Below are positions 31,151 to 42,130 of a stretch of 64,000 bases of DNA, one piece after another. The position numbers and the translations under genes are program-made. The stretch is from an uncultured delta proteobacterium (GTDB lineage: Bacteria > Desulfobacterota > Syntrophia > Syntrophales > UBA2185). The stretch spans positions 18,243 to 82,242 of the forward strand of contig CAVOID010000015.1 of assembly GCA_963695875.1 (NCBI GenBank), written 5' to 3'. How positions within the stretch are numbered: the first letter of the stretch is position 1; every line of letters starts with the position of its first letter. The notes beneath the pieces were generated by a model. The model saw nothing but the letters and a program-made list of their open reading frames with translations. It made no database searches and was not told the DNA's origin.

Positions 31151-31368
31151 TATGCCCCCTTTTAGACACTATGTTTTGTATTTTATTAGCAAATATTGTA
31201 CCATACTATGTTCCCTGAGATCATACAAAAAGGCCGGCTAATAAGAATATGAGGGATCAAATTTGCTATTGTACTATCAAACAGCATACAATTCCTCCCT
31301 GATCCCAATGGTTAAGTTGCAATTTCGGACAAATACTATTATAAACAGGCCACCAAATTGGAGAGCAT

Positions 31369-32595
31369 ATGGAAAAGCCTGTCCTAAGAAGGGACATTCA
31401 ACCTGTCGCCACAACAGTTAAAGGTCGTCAAATGATCGTCTTTCATGATCCTTACCATTTGACCGACCATAGCATCGCTATCGATAAGAAGGCCCTTCCC
31501 ATCCTGCAGTTGCTTGACGGGACGCATGACCTCAGAGATATTCAAATGATAATGATGAAACAGCAGGGTGGCAGCATTGTTTACATCTCTGAAATCGAAT
31601 CTTTTATTGAAATGCTTGACAGTGCCTGTCTTTTAAACAGCGAATTCTTTAACAATAGAATGAGCAGGCTTCGATACGAATTCGGCAGCCGGCAAAATCG
31701 TCTCCCTGCACATGCCGGAAAATCCTATGCGGCAGAGCCTGGTCAGTTTGCCCAGTTCATACATGACGTTGAAAACAATCTCAACCAAGATAATTTACGA
31801 TATACAAGGGATAATATTACCGGCATCCTCGCTCCACATATAGATATCAAGGTTGCCAAGGAAACCTATATTAACTCTTACCGCTGTTTAAAGGGCAGGA
31901 ATTATGATCTCGTCGTTATTTTCGGAATCAACCACCACGAACAGGAAGGGCTTTATTGTGTTTCAGAAAAGAATTATGTGACACCTTTCGGGGAAATCAA
32001 ATCCGACAGAAATTTCATTTCAGGATTAAAGAGCAATTTACCCGAGGGAACGTTTGCAGCAGATGATTTTGGCCATATGATGGAACATTCCATCGAATTT
32101 CAAACCATTTTTTTGCACCATTATCTGCAGGGACCGTTTTCAATAGCAGCGATTCTGTGTGGGGGCGTTCATGAGTTTATCTACCAAAAGAAAAATATCC
32201 TCGCCGATGAGAGATTCCGGGGGATGGTAGATGCGATGAAGAAATTAATGCAAAAGGGAAACAACCGTACCCTTATTGTGGCAGGTGTCGACCTCTCCCA
32301 TATTGGAATCAAATTTGGAGACCAATTGCCGGCGGATGCCATTCTGCCTCAGGCGACATCTAATGATAAAACGATATTGTCTTTCCTTGCGCGGGGAGAA
32401 CCGGAAAATATTTTCCAAAACGCAGTCGAAACCCAGGACAGATACCATGTCTGCGGTCTTCCTGCCATCCTGCTTTTTGCCAGCCTGTTTGCAGAAAGCC
32501 GCGCAGACATTCTTCATTTTGACACTTATAATGAGCGAGAAACACACAGTGCCGTAAACTATGCATCCTTGATTTTCTTCTCCAAATCGGAATAA
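31369..32595 (+). CDS. amrB: MEMO1/AmmeMemoRadiSam protein B with N-terminal extension
   Basis: HAGKSY, LAPHID, TPFG, EHSIEFQ, VDLSHIG..FGD, VCG. Confidence 0.85.
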   Translation: MEKPVLRRDIQPVATTVKGRQMIVFHDPYHLTDHSIAIDKKALPILQLLDGTHDLRDIQMIMMKQQGGSIVYISEIESFIEMLDSACLLNSEFFNNRMSRLRYEFGSRQNRLPAHAGKSYAAEPGQFAQFIHDVENNLNQDNLRYTRDNITGILAPHIDIKVAKETYINSYRCLKGRNYDLVVIFGINHHEQEGLYCVSEKNYVTPFGEIKSDRNFISGLKSNLPEGTFAADDFGHMMEHSIEFQTIFLHHYLQGPFSIAAILCGGVHEFIYQKKNILADERFRGMVDAMKKLMQKGNNRTLIVAGVDLSHIGIKFGDQLPADAILPQATSNDKTILSFLARGEPENIFQNAVETQDRYHVCGLPAILLFASLFAESRADILHFDTYNERETHSAVNYASLIFFSKSE

Positions 32596-32740
32596 AGCCG
32601 GTAAAGGAGCATTTAACACTTACCCCAATCCTATATATTTACATTCTTACCCATATAGCCCAAATTGATGAATGTGATTGACATAATTGTATATTTAAAG
32701 TACTTTGAAAAGAATATTCGACATTAGGAGGAACAAAAGG

Positions 32741-33211
32741 ATGGCTGCTAATAAATTGCGTGTTTTAATACCAGCGGTGTCCTTGATGCTGGTAATGGCT
32801 GCATGGATTACTATATCGGGAGAAGTATACGGAGGCACACTTTACCAATATATAGATAAGGACGGCTCCACCGTAATTACCGACAACCCCCCGGAGGGAG
32901 TCCAAGCCGAACCTCTGATGTCATTGCCCGATATGACAGAAGAACAAAAGGCAGAGACTGAAAAAGAGGATGACGCAAAAATTCAAAAAAATCAGCAGGC
33001 TGATATAAAAAGGCTGGAGAAGGATGAAAAAATCAAAACTGCCAGAGAAGAATTGGAGAGGGCAAAAAATGATGCAGACCTCTACAGATCGAATATGAAC
33101 CAATCTGCCAATTATTCGCAAAGGCATCACTGGCGGGTTATGTTAGACGAACAACAAAAAGTGATTGAGGAAAAGCAGAAATTGATTGATGAACTTGAAG
33201 CACAACCATGA
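32741..33211 (+). CDS. DUF4124-domain exported protein
   Basis: Signal peptide; LYQYIDKDGSTVITDNPP; coiled-coil tail. Confidence 0.8.
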   Translation: MAANKLRVLIPAVSLMLVMAAWITISGEVYGGTLYQYIDKDGSTVITDNPPEGVQAEPLMSLPDMTEEQKAETEKEDDAKIQKNQQADIKRLEKDEKIKTAREELERAKNDADLYRSNMNQSANYSQRHHWRVMLDEQQKVIEEKQKLIDELEAQP

Positions 33212-33229
33212 CATAGATAGTTGTTCAAC

Positions 33230-34054
33230 ATGGTTGAAAAAAGACACTTATCACAACGCAGTTTCTATATCCATGCCGCCCGCCATCGCCTCTTTGCTCA
33301 ATTCATCGATTCAGATTCTGAGGATCCCAAAAAGAGTCCAACAACCTTAGTCTTTCTGCATGAAGGACTCGGCAGTATCGCTCAGTGGCGTGATTTCCCT
33401 GCTTGCCTGAGCGCGATGACCGGATTACCCACATTGGTATATGAGCGATGGGGATACGGAAGCTCTGACACCCTAAATGTCCCAAGAACCATGGGCTACC
33501 TTCATGATGAGGCTTTGATAAGCCTCCCCGAGGTGTTGGAGCAGGTAAATATCAATGATGCCATTCTGATCGGTCACAGCGACGGCGGCTCTATCGCCCT
33601 TATTTTTTCGGCCATTCATGGAGACAAGGTTCGCGGAGTTATCACAGAAGCGGCACACGTCTTTGTTGAAGATGTAACAATAGCCGGTATACGCCAGGCC
33701 TTCGAGCTGTACGGGACAACCGATCTCAAGGATCGTCTGCATAAATTTCACAAGAATAACACTGATCTGATGTTTCGCTCCTGGGCCGACACGTGGCTTG
33801 CCCCATGGTTTCGCAATTGGAATATTGAAGAATACCTTTCACGAATTACCTGTCCTCTCCTCGTGATCCAGGGGGAAGACGACGAATACGGAACAAGTGC
33901 ACAGGTAGAATCGATCATATCGCAGGCAGGAGGTCCGGCGGAGGGCGTCATCGTATCAAACTGCGGGCATGTTCCGCATCACCAAGCCCGTGAGCGTGTG
34001 CTCGATAGAATGGCCCGTTTCATCAGTTCTCTTGCTCATTCGAAGCAAATCTAA
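33230..34054 (+). CDS. Alpha/beta hydrolase
   Basis: FLHEGLG, GHSDGG, QGEDDEYG, CGHVPH. Confidence 0.9.
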   Translation: MVEKRHLSQRSFYIHAARHRLFAQFIDSDSEDPKKSPTTLVFLHEGLGSIAQWRDFPACLSAMTGLPTLVYERWGYGSSDTLNVPRTMGYLHDEALISLPEVLEQVNINDAILIGHSDGGSIALIFSAIHGDKVRGVITEAAHVFVEDVTIAGIRQAFELYGTTDLKDRLHKFHKNNTDLMFRSWADTWLAPWFRNWNIEEYLSRITCPLLVIQGEDDEYGTSAQVESIISQAGGPAEGVIVSNCGHVPHHQARERVLDRMARFISSLAHSKQI

Positions 34055-35256
34055 TCATCTTTCAGAATACGAACCCCTATTCTTGTCTTGTCATAACAGT
34101 ATGCCTCAAGCCCCGGCACGATCATGCGTACAGTCGGAATGCCTGTGTCCGGTCTTGTAAGATCTACCGCAATTACCCGAGCCAAGCCCCTTGCCCACAG
34201 TTTCGCAATCATAGTTCTGATATCCAGCAGTATGTCCTTACTGAAATCCACTTCAATATCTCGAAGTCCCTTCCGAGCATACGCATAGAACCTCGGATCA
34301 TCGTCGCCTTCACGATCACCAAGATAGGCCGTTATGGGTTCGCATATTCCCTCGATACCGAATTTTTGGATCAACAAAGCCCTGGTGGTCACGATTTCGA
34401 GAAGTGAACGGATCATGGCGACGCGGGGATCAAGATGGGCGCCAAAACCGTCTATAGGTTTCATTGTTGGATGAACCAAGTCGTGGGAAAAGGCGGCAAT
34501 GACAGGAACTCCAATGTCCGAAGTTATGTCCTTAGCGACTATCTCAATACCGGCATGCTCGAATTTTTCGAAGATTTTAATTATGAACTGGTTGGCCGGC
34601 TCATCCTCGATAAACAGGGCATCGCTGTAACTACGTGTATACCGCACTATGCTCCATGCGTCTCGCTCGATAACCTCGGCAAGACCGTGAACGACGGCCT
34701 CTTCAATGGTATTCCCCGCAGCAATGCCGTTTGTATGAGTATCCATAAGAAAGACATCGTCCAGATGGCAAGGATGGTAGACCGCGCAGGCGGGGACCAG
34801 GATATCTTCGTTGCGCGCCAAATCGCATCCCCAGACCCAGTGAATATCCCGATCATGGTTGTAATCGCTGTCGTTGGACAGAATCAGCTCGTGAGGATCA
34901 AGAATGTTGAACTTCTGTTTCAATTGGTTATAGCTGCCTTTGACCAGTTTATTCCTGTACTCGTCCATGAATTCTGACGAATAGCGCTCGATGGATTCCA
35001 TCGTCAAAGACACCTGGGCCTGAATCTGAGATACTCCCTTGCCCGTATGACTCGTTTTCGAATTGTCCGGTCTGATCCGGTGACAGGTAAAAACCGGAAT
35101 CCCGATCCTGTCGAGATCCGATGCTTCCCTAAAGTCAATCATGCTGACCAGGTGTCTAATGCTTTCGACAAAATGAAGTGTGGACTCCGGTGTCCTGGAG
35201 CGGTGTGTTTCCAGAATGTATACCTTGGGACATTCTCTTAGAATCATGCCTGGCAT
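34051..35256 (-). CDS. YcaO-family ATP-dependent amide-activating enzyme
   Basis: GKG..QA..MESIER, TNGIAAGNTIEEAVVHGLAEVIERDA, DITSDIGVP, GAHLDP, VPGLE. Confidence 0.92.
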   Translation of the reverse strand: MPGMILRECPKVYILETHRSRTPESTLHFVESIRHLVSMIDFREASDLDRIGIPVFTCHRIRPDNSKTSHTGKGVSQIQAQVSLTMESIERYSSEFMDEYRNKLVKGSYNQLKQKFNILDPHELILSNDSDYNHDRDIHWVWGCDLARNEDILVPACAVYHPCHLDDVFLMDTHTNGIAAGNTIEEAVVHGLAEVIERDAWSIVRYTRSYSDALFIEDEPANQFIIKIFEKFEHAGIEIVAKDITSDIGVPVIAAFSHDLVHPTMKPIDGFGAHLDPRVAMIRSLLEIVTTRALLIQKFGIEGICEPITAYLGDREGDDDPRFYAYARKGLRDIEVDFSKDILLDIRTMIAKLWARGLARVIAVDLTRPDTGIPTVRMIVPGLEAYCYDKTRIGVRILKDD

Positions 35257-35363
35257 TTTTATACTCCTCCATTCATATTATTCTTGCCTGGAGTATAACA
35301 CAATAGGACCATACTTCCAAATTCGTGAGAGAACTTTAAGAACTTGGAAAAGATCCTGGAACA

Positions 35364-35393
35364 ATATGAAGGGTTGAAGAAACCCCTTCATAT
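35364..35393. terminator. Hairpin downstream of meaB
   Basis: ATATGAAGGG-N10-CCCTTCATAT. Confidence 0.5.
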
Positions 35394-35488
35394 GATCTGC
35401 AGGCATATCAGTATTTAAACAATTTGTTTCCTTCAGTGAGTCTTGAGGACTTACAACTTAAAAGAATGGGCAATTGCAGAAGTCTCTT

Positions 35489-36454
35489 TCAAATACATCC
35501 CTGCAGGTATTTTCGGGCAATCTCCTCGGCCAGTGTACAGGGATCTGATTCCTTGTTGAGTAATTTTTCAATCATTCGATCGAGTTCCCCGGTGCTGACC
35601 AGGATTTTCAGCACCGGTTCAAGAATATTCGATCGGAGCGCCTCATTCAACTCATGCACTGTCTTTCTGCGGATGCGATCACCAATGAAATCATTCTTTA
35701 CGAGGAAGTCATAGTGTTCATGAACCTTGTCGGATAGTTTTTCAATATCCCCCTCAAATTCATCCGGCTTGAAAGAATTCCCAATCGTCACAATCGGTGG
35801 ACGCCAGCCGCCAGGCGGTATGGGAGACATTTCAATCATGGCCATCAACTCCCGCTGGAGCTTACCCGATCCCTCACGGTCAGACTTGTTGATAACAAAT
35901 ACGTCCGCAATTTCCATGATTCCCGCTTTGATCGCCTGGATCTCGTCTCCCATTCCCGGCACAAGGACAACAAGGACCGTATGAGCATAGTTGATGATCT
36001 CCACCTCCTGCTGCCCCGTACCAACAGTTTCCACAAGTACAAGATCTTTCCCCATGGCATCCATAACATGGATGGCATCACCAACCGCCTTTGAGAGCCC
36101 ACCTAGGGATCCCCGGGTGGCAAGGCTCCTGATAAAGACACCGGGGTCTTCAGAGTGCCGCTGCATGCGGATCCTGTCGCCAAGTGTTGCTCCTCCCGTA
36201 AAGGGACTGGTAGGATCAACAGCAAGGACGCCGATCGTCTTTTCCTTCCTTCGGCATGTTTCAATCAGACCGTCAATTATAGTGCTCTTCCCCGCCCCCG
36301 GCGAGCCCGTAATACCCACCACCTGCGCTTTGCCCGTATAGGGGAAAATGTGTTTGATCGTCGATTTTGCTCCAGGAATATTATCCTCTATATCTCTTAT
36401 AAGGCGGGATGCAGCCCGGATGTCTCCCGCCTTAATCTTCTCATCTATTTCCAT
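35489..36454 (-). CDS. meaB: MeaB/ArgK GTPase chaperone of B12 mutases
   Basis: GSPGAGKST, AVDPTSP..GG..LGDRIRM, ETVG.GQ, NKSD. Confidence 0.93.
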   Translation of the reverse strand: MEIDEKIKAGDIRAASRLIRDIEDNIPGAKSTIKHIFPYTGKAQVVGITGSPGAGKSTIIDGLIETCRRKEKTIGVLAVDPTSPFTGGATLGDRIRMQRHSEDPGVFIRSLATRGSLGGLSKAVGDAIHVMDAMGKDLVLVETVGTGQQEVEIINYAHTVLVVLVPGMGDEIQAIKAGIMEIADVFVINKSDREGSGKLQRELMAMIEMSPIPPGGWRPPIVTIGNSFKPDEFEGDIEKLSDKVHEHYDFLVKNDFIGDRIRRKTVHELNEALRSNILEPVLKILVSTGELDRMIEKLLNKESDPCTLAEEIARKYLQGCI

Positions 36455-36864
36455 TACATCCTTTCCGACGGCTTTACATTCTTGCTGACCCACTCTACGA
36501 TCGAATCCAGGGTAGTACCTGGCACAAAGATCGCCTTGATACCGGCGTCTAAGAGCTTCTTAAAATCCTGCTCGGGAATGATACCACCTCCTATTACGGT
36601 AATGTCATCCGCTCCTTTTTCCTTCAATAAAGTGACTACCTGGGGGAATAAATACCGGTGAGCTCCTGATAGACAACTCAAGCCGACAACATCAACGTCT
36701 TCCTGGATTGCAGAAGCCGCGATCTGCGCCGGTGTCTGATGGCATCCCGTGTAGATTACTTCAAATCCCGCATCCCGGAAACACCTGGCTAAAATTCTGG
36801 CTCCCCGATCATGACCGTCCAGCCCCGGCTTTGCCACCATTATACGAATCTTTCTCTCAGCCAT
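36454..36864 (-). CDS. Acyl-CoA mutase small (cobalamin-binding) subunit
   Basis: KPGLDGHDRGA..GLSCLSGAH..GGG. Confidence 0.94.
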   Translation of the reverse strand: MAERKIRIMVAKPGLDGHDRGARILARCFRDAGFEVIYTGCHQTPAQIAASAIQEDVDVVGLSCLSGAHRYLFPQVVTLLKEKGADDITVIGGGIIPEQDFKKLLDAGIKAIFVPGTTLDSIVEWVSKNVKPSERM

Positions 36865-36888
36865 CTCCTTCTCCTTCCTTATTTACTT

Positions 36889-38571
36889 CTAATAGAGTCC
36901 CGGATCACGGTATTCACCATAGAGTTCACGATAGACATCGCATATCTCTTGGACACTGGCCAGATTCTTCACGGCCGCAATGCAGTAGGGCATGACATTT
37001 TCACCCTTCTTGCAGGCATTCTTAACATCTTCGAGACTCTTCTTGACTGCCTTATTGTCCCGTTTCCTGCGCACGGCATTCAAACGTGCGATCTGGTCTT
37101 CTTCAACTTTATCGTCAATCTCTAAAAGAGGGATGGGTATCGCTTCATCTGTGACATATTTGTTGACACCGACCATAATCTTTTCGCAGGAATCTATTTG
37201 CCGCTGGAACTTGTATGCCGAATCTGCAATCTCTAACTGCGGGAACCCTTTCTCAATCGCGGCTACCATACCGCCCATCTCGTCAATCTTGTTGATGTAG
37301 TCCCATGTCTGCTCTTCCATTTCGTTCGTCAGGGCTTCTATGAAATACGAACCGGCCAGCGGATCAATCGTACTGGCAGCACCAGTCTCTTCAGCAATGA
37401 TCTGCTGGGTTCTGAGAGCGATCTGAACAGCAGAATCCGAAGGGAGGCACATCACCTCATCGAGTGAATTGGTATGCAGGGACTGAGTACCGCCAAGGAC
37501 AGCGGCGAGAGCTTCAGTTGCCGTTCGCACGACGTTGTTGTATGGCTGCTGCGCCGTCAACGAGCACCCGGCGGTCTGTGTGTGGAAACGCATCCACCAG
37601 GACCTCGGATCTCTGGCTTTATAGCGGTCGCGCATGACCTTCGCCCAGATCCTCCGGGCGGCGCGCATCTTACAGATCTCCTCGAAGAAATCGATGTGGG
37701 AGTTGAAGAAAAACGAGAACCGTGGAGCAAATTCATCGACATTCAATCCCTTCCTGTTGATGACATCCTCCACATACTCCATCCCATCACGGAGGGTAAA
37801 CGCGAGCTCCTGAACCGCTGTGGATCCCGCTTCCCTGATATGGTACCCGCTGATGCTGATGGTATTCCACCGGGGAACATGCTTCGTCCCGAATTCTACG
37901 GTATCGCTGATCAGTCTGACCGAAGGCTCCGGTGGACACATAAATGTCTTCTGCGCGATGAATTCTTTCAGCATATCATTCTGGATAGTGCCGCCAATCT
38001 TGCTGAGAGGTATACCCTTGATCTCTGCCGCTGCACAGTACATCGCCCAAAGTATTGTAGCCGGCGGATTGATGGTCATGGACGTGGTTACCTGATCCAT
38101 GGGAATTCCATCCACCAACTGAAGAAAATCCTCGAGAGTATCTATGGCAACCCCACACTTCCCGCACTCACCGAGGGCCTTGGGAGAACCCGAGTCATAG
38201 CCCATCAGGGTCGGAAAATCAAAGGCCGTACTGAGGCCGGTCTGCCCCTCTTTGAGAAGCATGTGCCAGCGTTTGTTGGTATCTTCAGCGCTCCCCATGC
38301 CGGAGAACATTCGGAATGTCCAGTACCGCCCGCGATAACCGGTCACCTGGTTGCCCCGTAAATACGGAAACTGTCCTGGATATCCGATATCCTGTACAAA
38401 GTCCATGTCTTTTATGTCTTCAGGACCATAGAGCCTTTTGATTTCGAGGTCTGAAACGGTAGACCATCGTTCCCTCTGGTCGGGAACTTTGCTGACCACC
38501 TTCCGCACCTCGTCCTCCCACTTCTTTCGAAGTTCACTGGAATGACTCAGTACATCTTTTGCAAAATACAT
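36889..38571 (-). CDS. Acyl-CoA mutase large subunit with isobutyryl-CoA-mutase-type specificity residues
   Basis: PGQFPYLRG, WTFRMFSG, IQNDMLKEFIAQKT, ISGYHIREAG, SLHTNSLDE. Confidence 0.93.
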   Translation of the reverse strand: MYFAKDVLSHSSELRKKWEDEVRKVVSKVPDQRERWSTVSDLEIKRLYGPEDIKDMDFVQDIGYPGQFPYLRGNQVTGYRGRYWTFRMFSGMGSAEDTNKRWHMLLKEGQTGLSTAFDFPTLMGYDSGSPKALGECGKCGVAIDTLEDFLQLVDGIPMDQVTTSMTINPPATILWAMYCAAAEIKGIPLSKIGGTIQNDMLKEFIAQKTFMCPPEPSVRLISDTVEFGTKHVPRWNTISISGYHIREAGSTAVQELAFTLRDGMEYVEDVINRKGLNVDEFAPRFSFFFNSHIDFFEEICKMRAARRIWAKVMRDRYKARDPRSWWMRFHTQTAGCSLTAQQPYNNVVRTATEALAAVLGGTQSLHTNSLDEVMCLPSDSAVQIALRTQQIIAEETGAASTIDPLAGSYFIEALTNEMEEQTWDYINKIDEMGGMVAAIEKGFPQLEIADSAYKFQRQIDSCEKIMVGVNKYVTDEAIPIPLLEIDDKVEEDQIARLNAVRRKRDNKAVKKSLEDVKNACKKGENVMPYCIAAVKNLASVQEICDVYRELYGEYRDPGLY

Positions 38572-38794
38572 ATTACCTCCTCCTTTTAATAAATCTTATA
38601 AAACTGATATGCCAAATCAAGACTCCAAGGTGAATATCTTAACCCGCAAAAGTCCTGATTAATCCTGCTCTTTGCATGCAGGCTCGTCAAACGGAAAATA
38701 GACATGCGCATCTCTCATTGAAAATGGACAATTATCTTAAGCCATGTTATATAATTTTCATCTCTCACCAAAACCAATTACGGAGGTAAAAGCG

Positions 38795-39094
38795 ATGAAA
38801 ATCAAAATGCCCATAAAGTTTCACGGCAATTATCGGGTGATCATTCGCCAGGGCGATTGGGAAGCCCGGGAACGATGCCAAAAACTCATCATCAGAGAGA
38901 TAACACCAGCTGAGAAAGAGCAATACTACAAAGAGATGGATGAAAGAGATATCCCTACGCACCAGGTCAATTTTTTTGACTTTGGTTGCCGCCGCATCAT
39001 AGAGGGCAAACTCACGGTAAACGAAGAAAACAGAGTGGCTTTCGCAGTTGAAGAAAAGGAGTACGAATTTTCACCCTTCGTCCCCGGAAGATGA
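38795..39094 (+). CDS. Hypothetical protein
   Basis: RBS GGAGGT before MKIKMP; occupies an intergenic gap. Confidence 0.6.
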   Translation: MKIKMPIKFHGNYRVIIRQGDWEARERCQKLIIREITPAEKEQYYKEMDERDIPTHQVNFFDFGCRRIIEGKLTVNEENRVAFAVEEKEYEFSPFVPGR

Positions 39095-39139
39095 TCCGGC
39101 AACATCATAATATATAAAAGAGCCTGGTTATTCTTGCCC

Positions 39140-40289
39140 TTATCGCATGCCTAAGAGCTTTCTCGAGATAACTACTCTCTGAATCTCGTTCGTGCCTTCA
39201 TAAATCTGGCAGATCTTTGCATCCCGCATGTGCCTTTCGGCCGGATACTCTTTGGTGTAACCGTAACCGCCGAATATCTGCACACCTTCAACGGATGCTC
39301 TCATCGCGACATCGGACGCATAACACTTTGCCATCGCCGATTCCTTCTCGTAATCAAGGTGATTATCCTCCATCCACGCGGCGCGAAGGAGCATCAGCTC
39401 CGCTGCATCAAGCTCCATTGCCATATCGGCAAACTTGAACTGGATTGCCTGGAAGGTCGAAATCGGCTTACCGAACTGCACTCTTTCTTTTGCATAAGCG
39501 AGGGCATCTTCCAGAGCGGCCCGACCGATACCGCAGGCCTGGGAACCTATTCCGATCCTTCCCGCATCGAGCCCCATCATCATCTGCTTGAAACCCTGGC
39601 CCGGCTTACCGAGGAGATTTGCCGCCGGTATCTCGGCATCCTCAAAGACCAGTTCCGCCGTTCCGGACGCCAGGATTCCCATCTTCTCCTCGATCTTTCC
39701 TACTTTAAAACCAGGGGTGTTCTTCATGTCCACGATGAGATTGATGACCCCCTTGTATCCTAATGCAGGATCTGTCGTGACAGCCAAAACGCAGTAATGG
39801 GCTACATTGCCGTTCGTTATGAAGATTTTGGTCCCGTTGACAATATATTTGTCCCCCTTCAATACGGCCCGGCACTTGAGCGCAGCGGCATCCGAACCGG
39901 CGCTGGGTTCCGTTAAGCCATAGCAGCCTTCAACCTTTCCGCTTGCCACCGGCGTCAGGAACTTCTTCTTCTGCTCTTCCGTACCAAACGTCAAGACCGG
40001 ATATCCGTACAGTGAATTGTTGACGGAGACAATGACGCCACAGCTTCGCGCAGGCCTTGGAAATCTCAATCATGCACAGAACATATGTCACTACATTCAT
40101 GCCCGCCCCGCCGTATTCCTGCGGTACGGCGACGCCCATGATTCCCATCTCGCCCAGTTTGCGGCAGATCTCTTCCGGATGCCTGTGGGTTTTGTCCAGA
40201 TCTGCGGCGATCGGTTTAATCTCCTGCTCCGCAAACTTTCTTACCATATCTCGCACATCTCGCTGATCTTCTGTCAATCCAAAATTCAT
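39140..40289 (-). CDS. Acyl-CoA dehydrogenase (frameshift near 40050)
   Basis: LTEPSAGSD, GTKIFITN, FGKPI..FQAIQF, GGYGYTKEY, IYEGTNEIQR. Confidence 0.92.
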
Positions 40290-40345
40290 GGCTCATAACC
40301 CCCTTATTAATGATACGTTATTAATGCATTGTAGCAAACTGCAAA

Positions 40346-41128
40346 TCAACTTCCTGTGAAGACAGGCTTTCTTTTTTCAAGAAAGGCTTTCATTCCTTCT
40401 TTCTGATCATCCGTACTGAAGCACTGGGCGCAACACTCCATCTCAAGCCTGATGGCGTTATCGAGAGAAAGATCATACCCAAAATTGATTGCATGCTCGG
40501 CCATCTTGATGGCGAAACCGGGCATACGTGCCAATTTTCCGGCAAACTTTTTTGTTTCAGGGAGGAGCTGATCGAGCGGGAATATCCTGTTTACGAGGCC
40601 GATTTCATAAGCCCTCTTTGCATCGATCTGCTCGCCACTCATGATGAGTTCCTTAGCCCTACCCATTCCAACTAAACGTGAAAGCCTCTGAGTTCCTCCC
40701 CATCCCGGTATTAAGCCAATCAATATTTCGGGTTGGCCGAATCGGGCTGTCTCTGATGCGAATCTCATATCGCAGGCCATCGATATTTCTGTGCCACCAC
40801 CAAGGGCAAAACCGTTCACGGCGGCGATCGAAGGCTTGGGTAAAGTCTCAATCAAGCGGAGCGTTTCATTACCCAGTTCCATGAAAGCAAGGGCGTCCTT
40901 GGGCCTCAAGTTCTGCATTTCCGATATGTCTGCACCTGCTACAAAGGCCTTCTCTCCCGCCCCGGTGAGGATGAGGACCTTGACGCTGTCATCATTTTTG
41001 CAGCAGGTAACAGCATCAAATAATTCCTTCATGGTTTCCGTATTCATGGCATTCAAGGCCTTGGGCCTGTTAAAAGTTATCGTAGCGATGCCCTCCTCCG
41101 CTGCAAACAAGAGGTTTTTATATTCCAT
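40346..41128 (-). CDS. crt: Enoyl-CoA hydratase (crotonase)
   Basis: FVAGADI, ALGGGTE, FGQPEI..PGWGGTQRL. Confidence 0.92.
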   Translation of the reverse strand: MEYKNLLFAAEEGIATITFNRPKALNAMNTETMKELFDAVTCCKNDDSVKVLILTGAGEKAFVAGADISEMQNLRPKDALAFMELGNETLRLIETLPKPSIAAVNGFALGGGTEISMACDMRFASETARFGQPEILIGLIPGWGGTQRLSRLVGMGRAKELIMSGEQIDAKRAYEIGLVNRIFPLDQLLPETKKFAGKLARMPGFAIKMAEHAINFGYDLSLDNAIRLEMECCAQCFSTDDQKEGMKAFLEKRKPVFTGS

Positions 41129-41209
41129 CTCACCTACCTCCTTTTTCACTTTCTTTTAATGCCCAGAAAAGTGCTCCAAGCACCGAAGAACATTTCTCGA
41201 AATCAAGTA

Positions 41210-42067
41210 TCACTTGCCGTACTCGTAAAAACCCCTCCCCGTTTTTCTCCCCATGTATCCCGCATCCACATATTTTTTCAAAAGCGGACAGGGGCGGTAT
41301 TTGGAATCACCGAATCCCTTGTAGAGAACATCCATAATGGCCCAGCAGGTATCCAGACCGATCAGATCTGCTAAGGCCAGGGGACCCATGGGATGATTCA
41401 TGCCTAAAACCATGATGTCGTCAATTGCCTTTGGCGTACCCACACCTTCCATGAGGGCATAAACGGCCTCATTGATCATCGGCATGAGAATTCTGTTTGA
41501 TATAAATCCGGGGAAGTCATTGCATTCCACTGGGATCTTCCCGAACTGTTTGGAAAGCGCCTCGGTCGTATTGTACGTCTCCTGAGAGGTGGCCAAACCC
41601 CTGATGATCTCAACGAGCCTCATTACAGGTACAGGATTCATGAAATGCATCCCGATGACAAGCGCCGGCCTCTTTGTCGCACCGGCTATCCTTGTGATTG
41701 GAATAGACGACGTATTAGTGGCCAGAATTACGCCGGGCTTGCAAAATTCATCAAGCTTTCTAAATATCCCAAGTTTCAGATCCTCTCTTTCCGTTGCCGC
41801 TTCCACAACGAAATCGGCATCCTTCATATCTTCCAGGTTAGTACTCTTCTTGATACGGCCCATGATCTCCTTTTTCTGGTCCGCCGTAAGCTTCTCTTTT
41901 GCTATGAGTCTATCAAGGTTCTTGGAAATTGCATCATAGCCTTTATCTACGAACTGGTCTGCTATGTCATTCATGATGACATTCAGTCCTCCCGGGTTTG
42001 CCGCAACCTGAGCGATGCCGTTCCCCATCTGACCGGCTCCGATAACGCCGAATGTTTTAATTGCCAT
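41210..42067 (-). CDS. hbd: 3-hydroxybutyryl-CoA dehydrogenase
   Basis: [35 protein letters not shown]. Confidence 0.94.
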   Translation of the reverse strand: MAIKTFGVIGAGQMGNGIAQVAANPGGLNVIMNDIADQFVDKGYDAISKNLDRLIAKEKLTADQKKEIMGRIKKSTNLEDMKDADFVVEAATEREDLKLGIFRKLDEFCKPGVILATNTSSIPITRIAGATKRPALVIGMHFMNPVPVMRLVEIIRGLATSQETYNTTEALSKQFGKIPVECNDFPGFISNRILMPMINEAVYALMEGVGTPKAIDDIMVLGMNHPMGPLALADLIGLDTCWAIMDVLYKGFGDSKYRPCPLLKKYVDAGYMGRKTGRGFYEYGK

Positions 42068-42130
42068 CGCTTCCTTTCTCCCTTCATTTAATTATGAACA
42101 TTTCGTGTACCTGAAAATTAACTTCGCAAT

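Noticed and set aside
37474..38361. 295-aa plus-strand ORF and the many other antisense ORFs in the track
   Set aside because: They are shadows of well-supported genes on the opposite strand and show no recognisable motifs
36889..38571. Methylmalonyl-CoA mutase call
   Set aside because: The Tyr and Arg carboxylate-binding residues appear replaced by Phe and Gln
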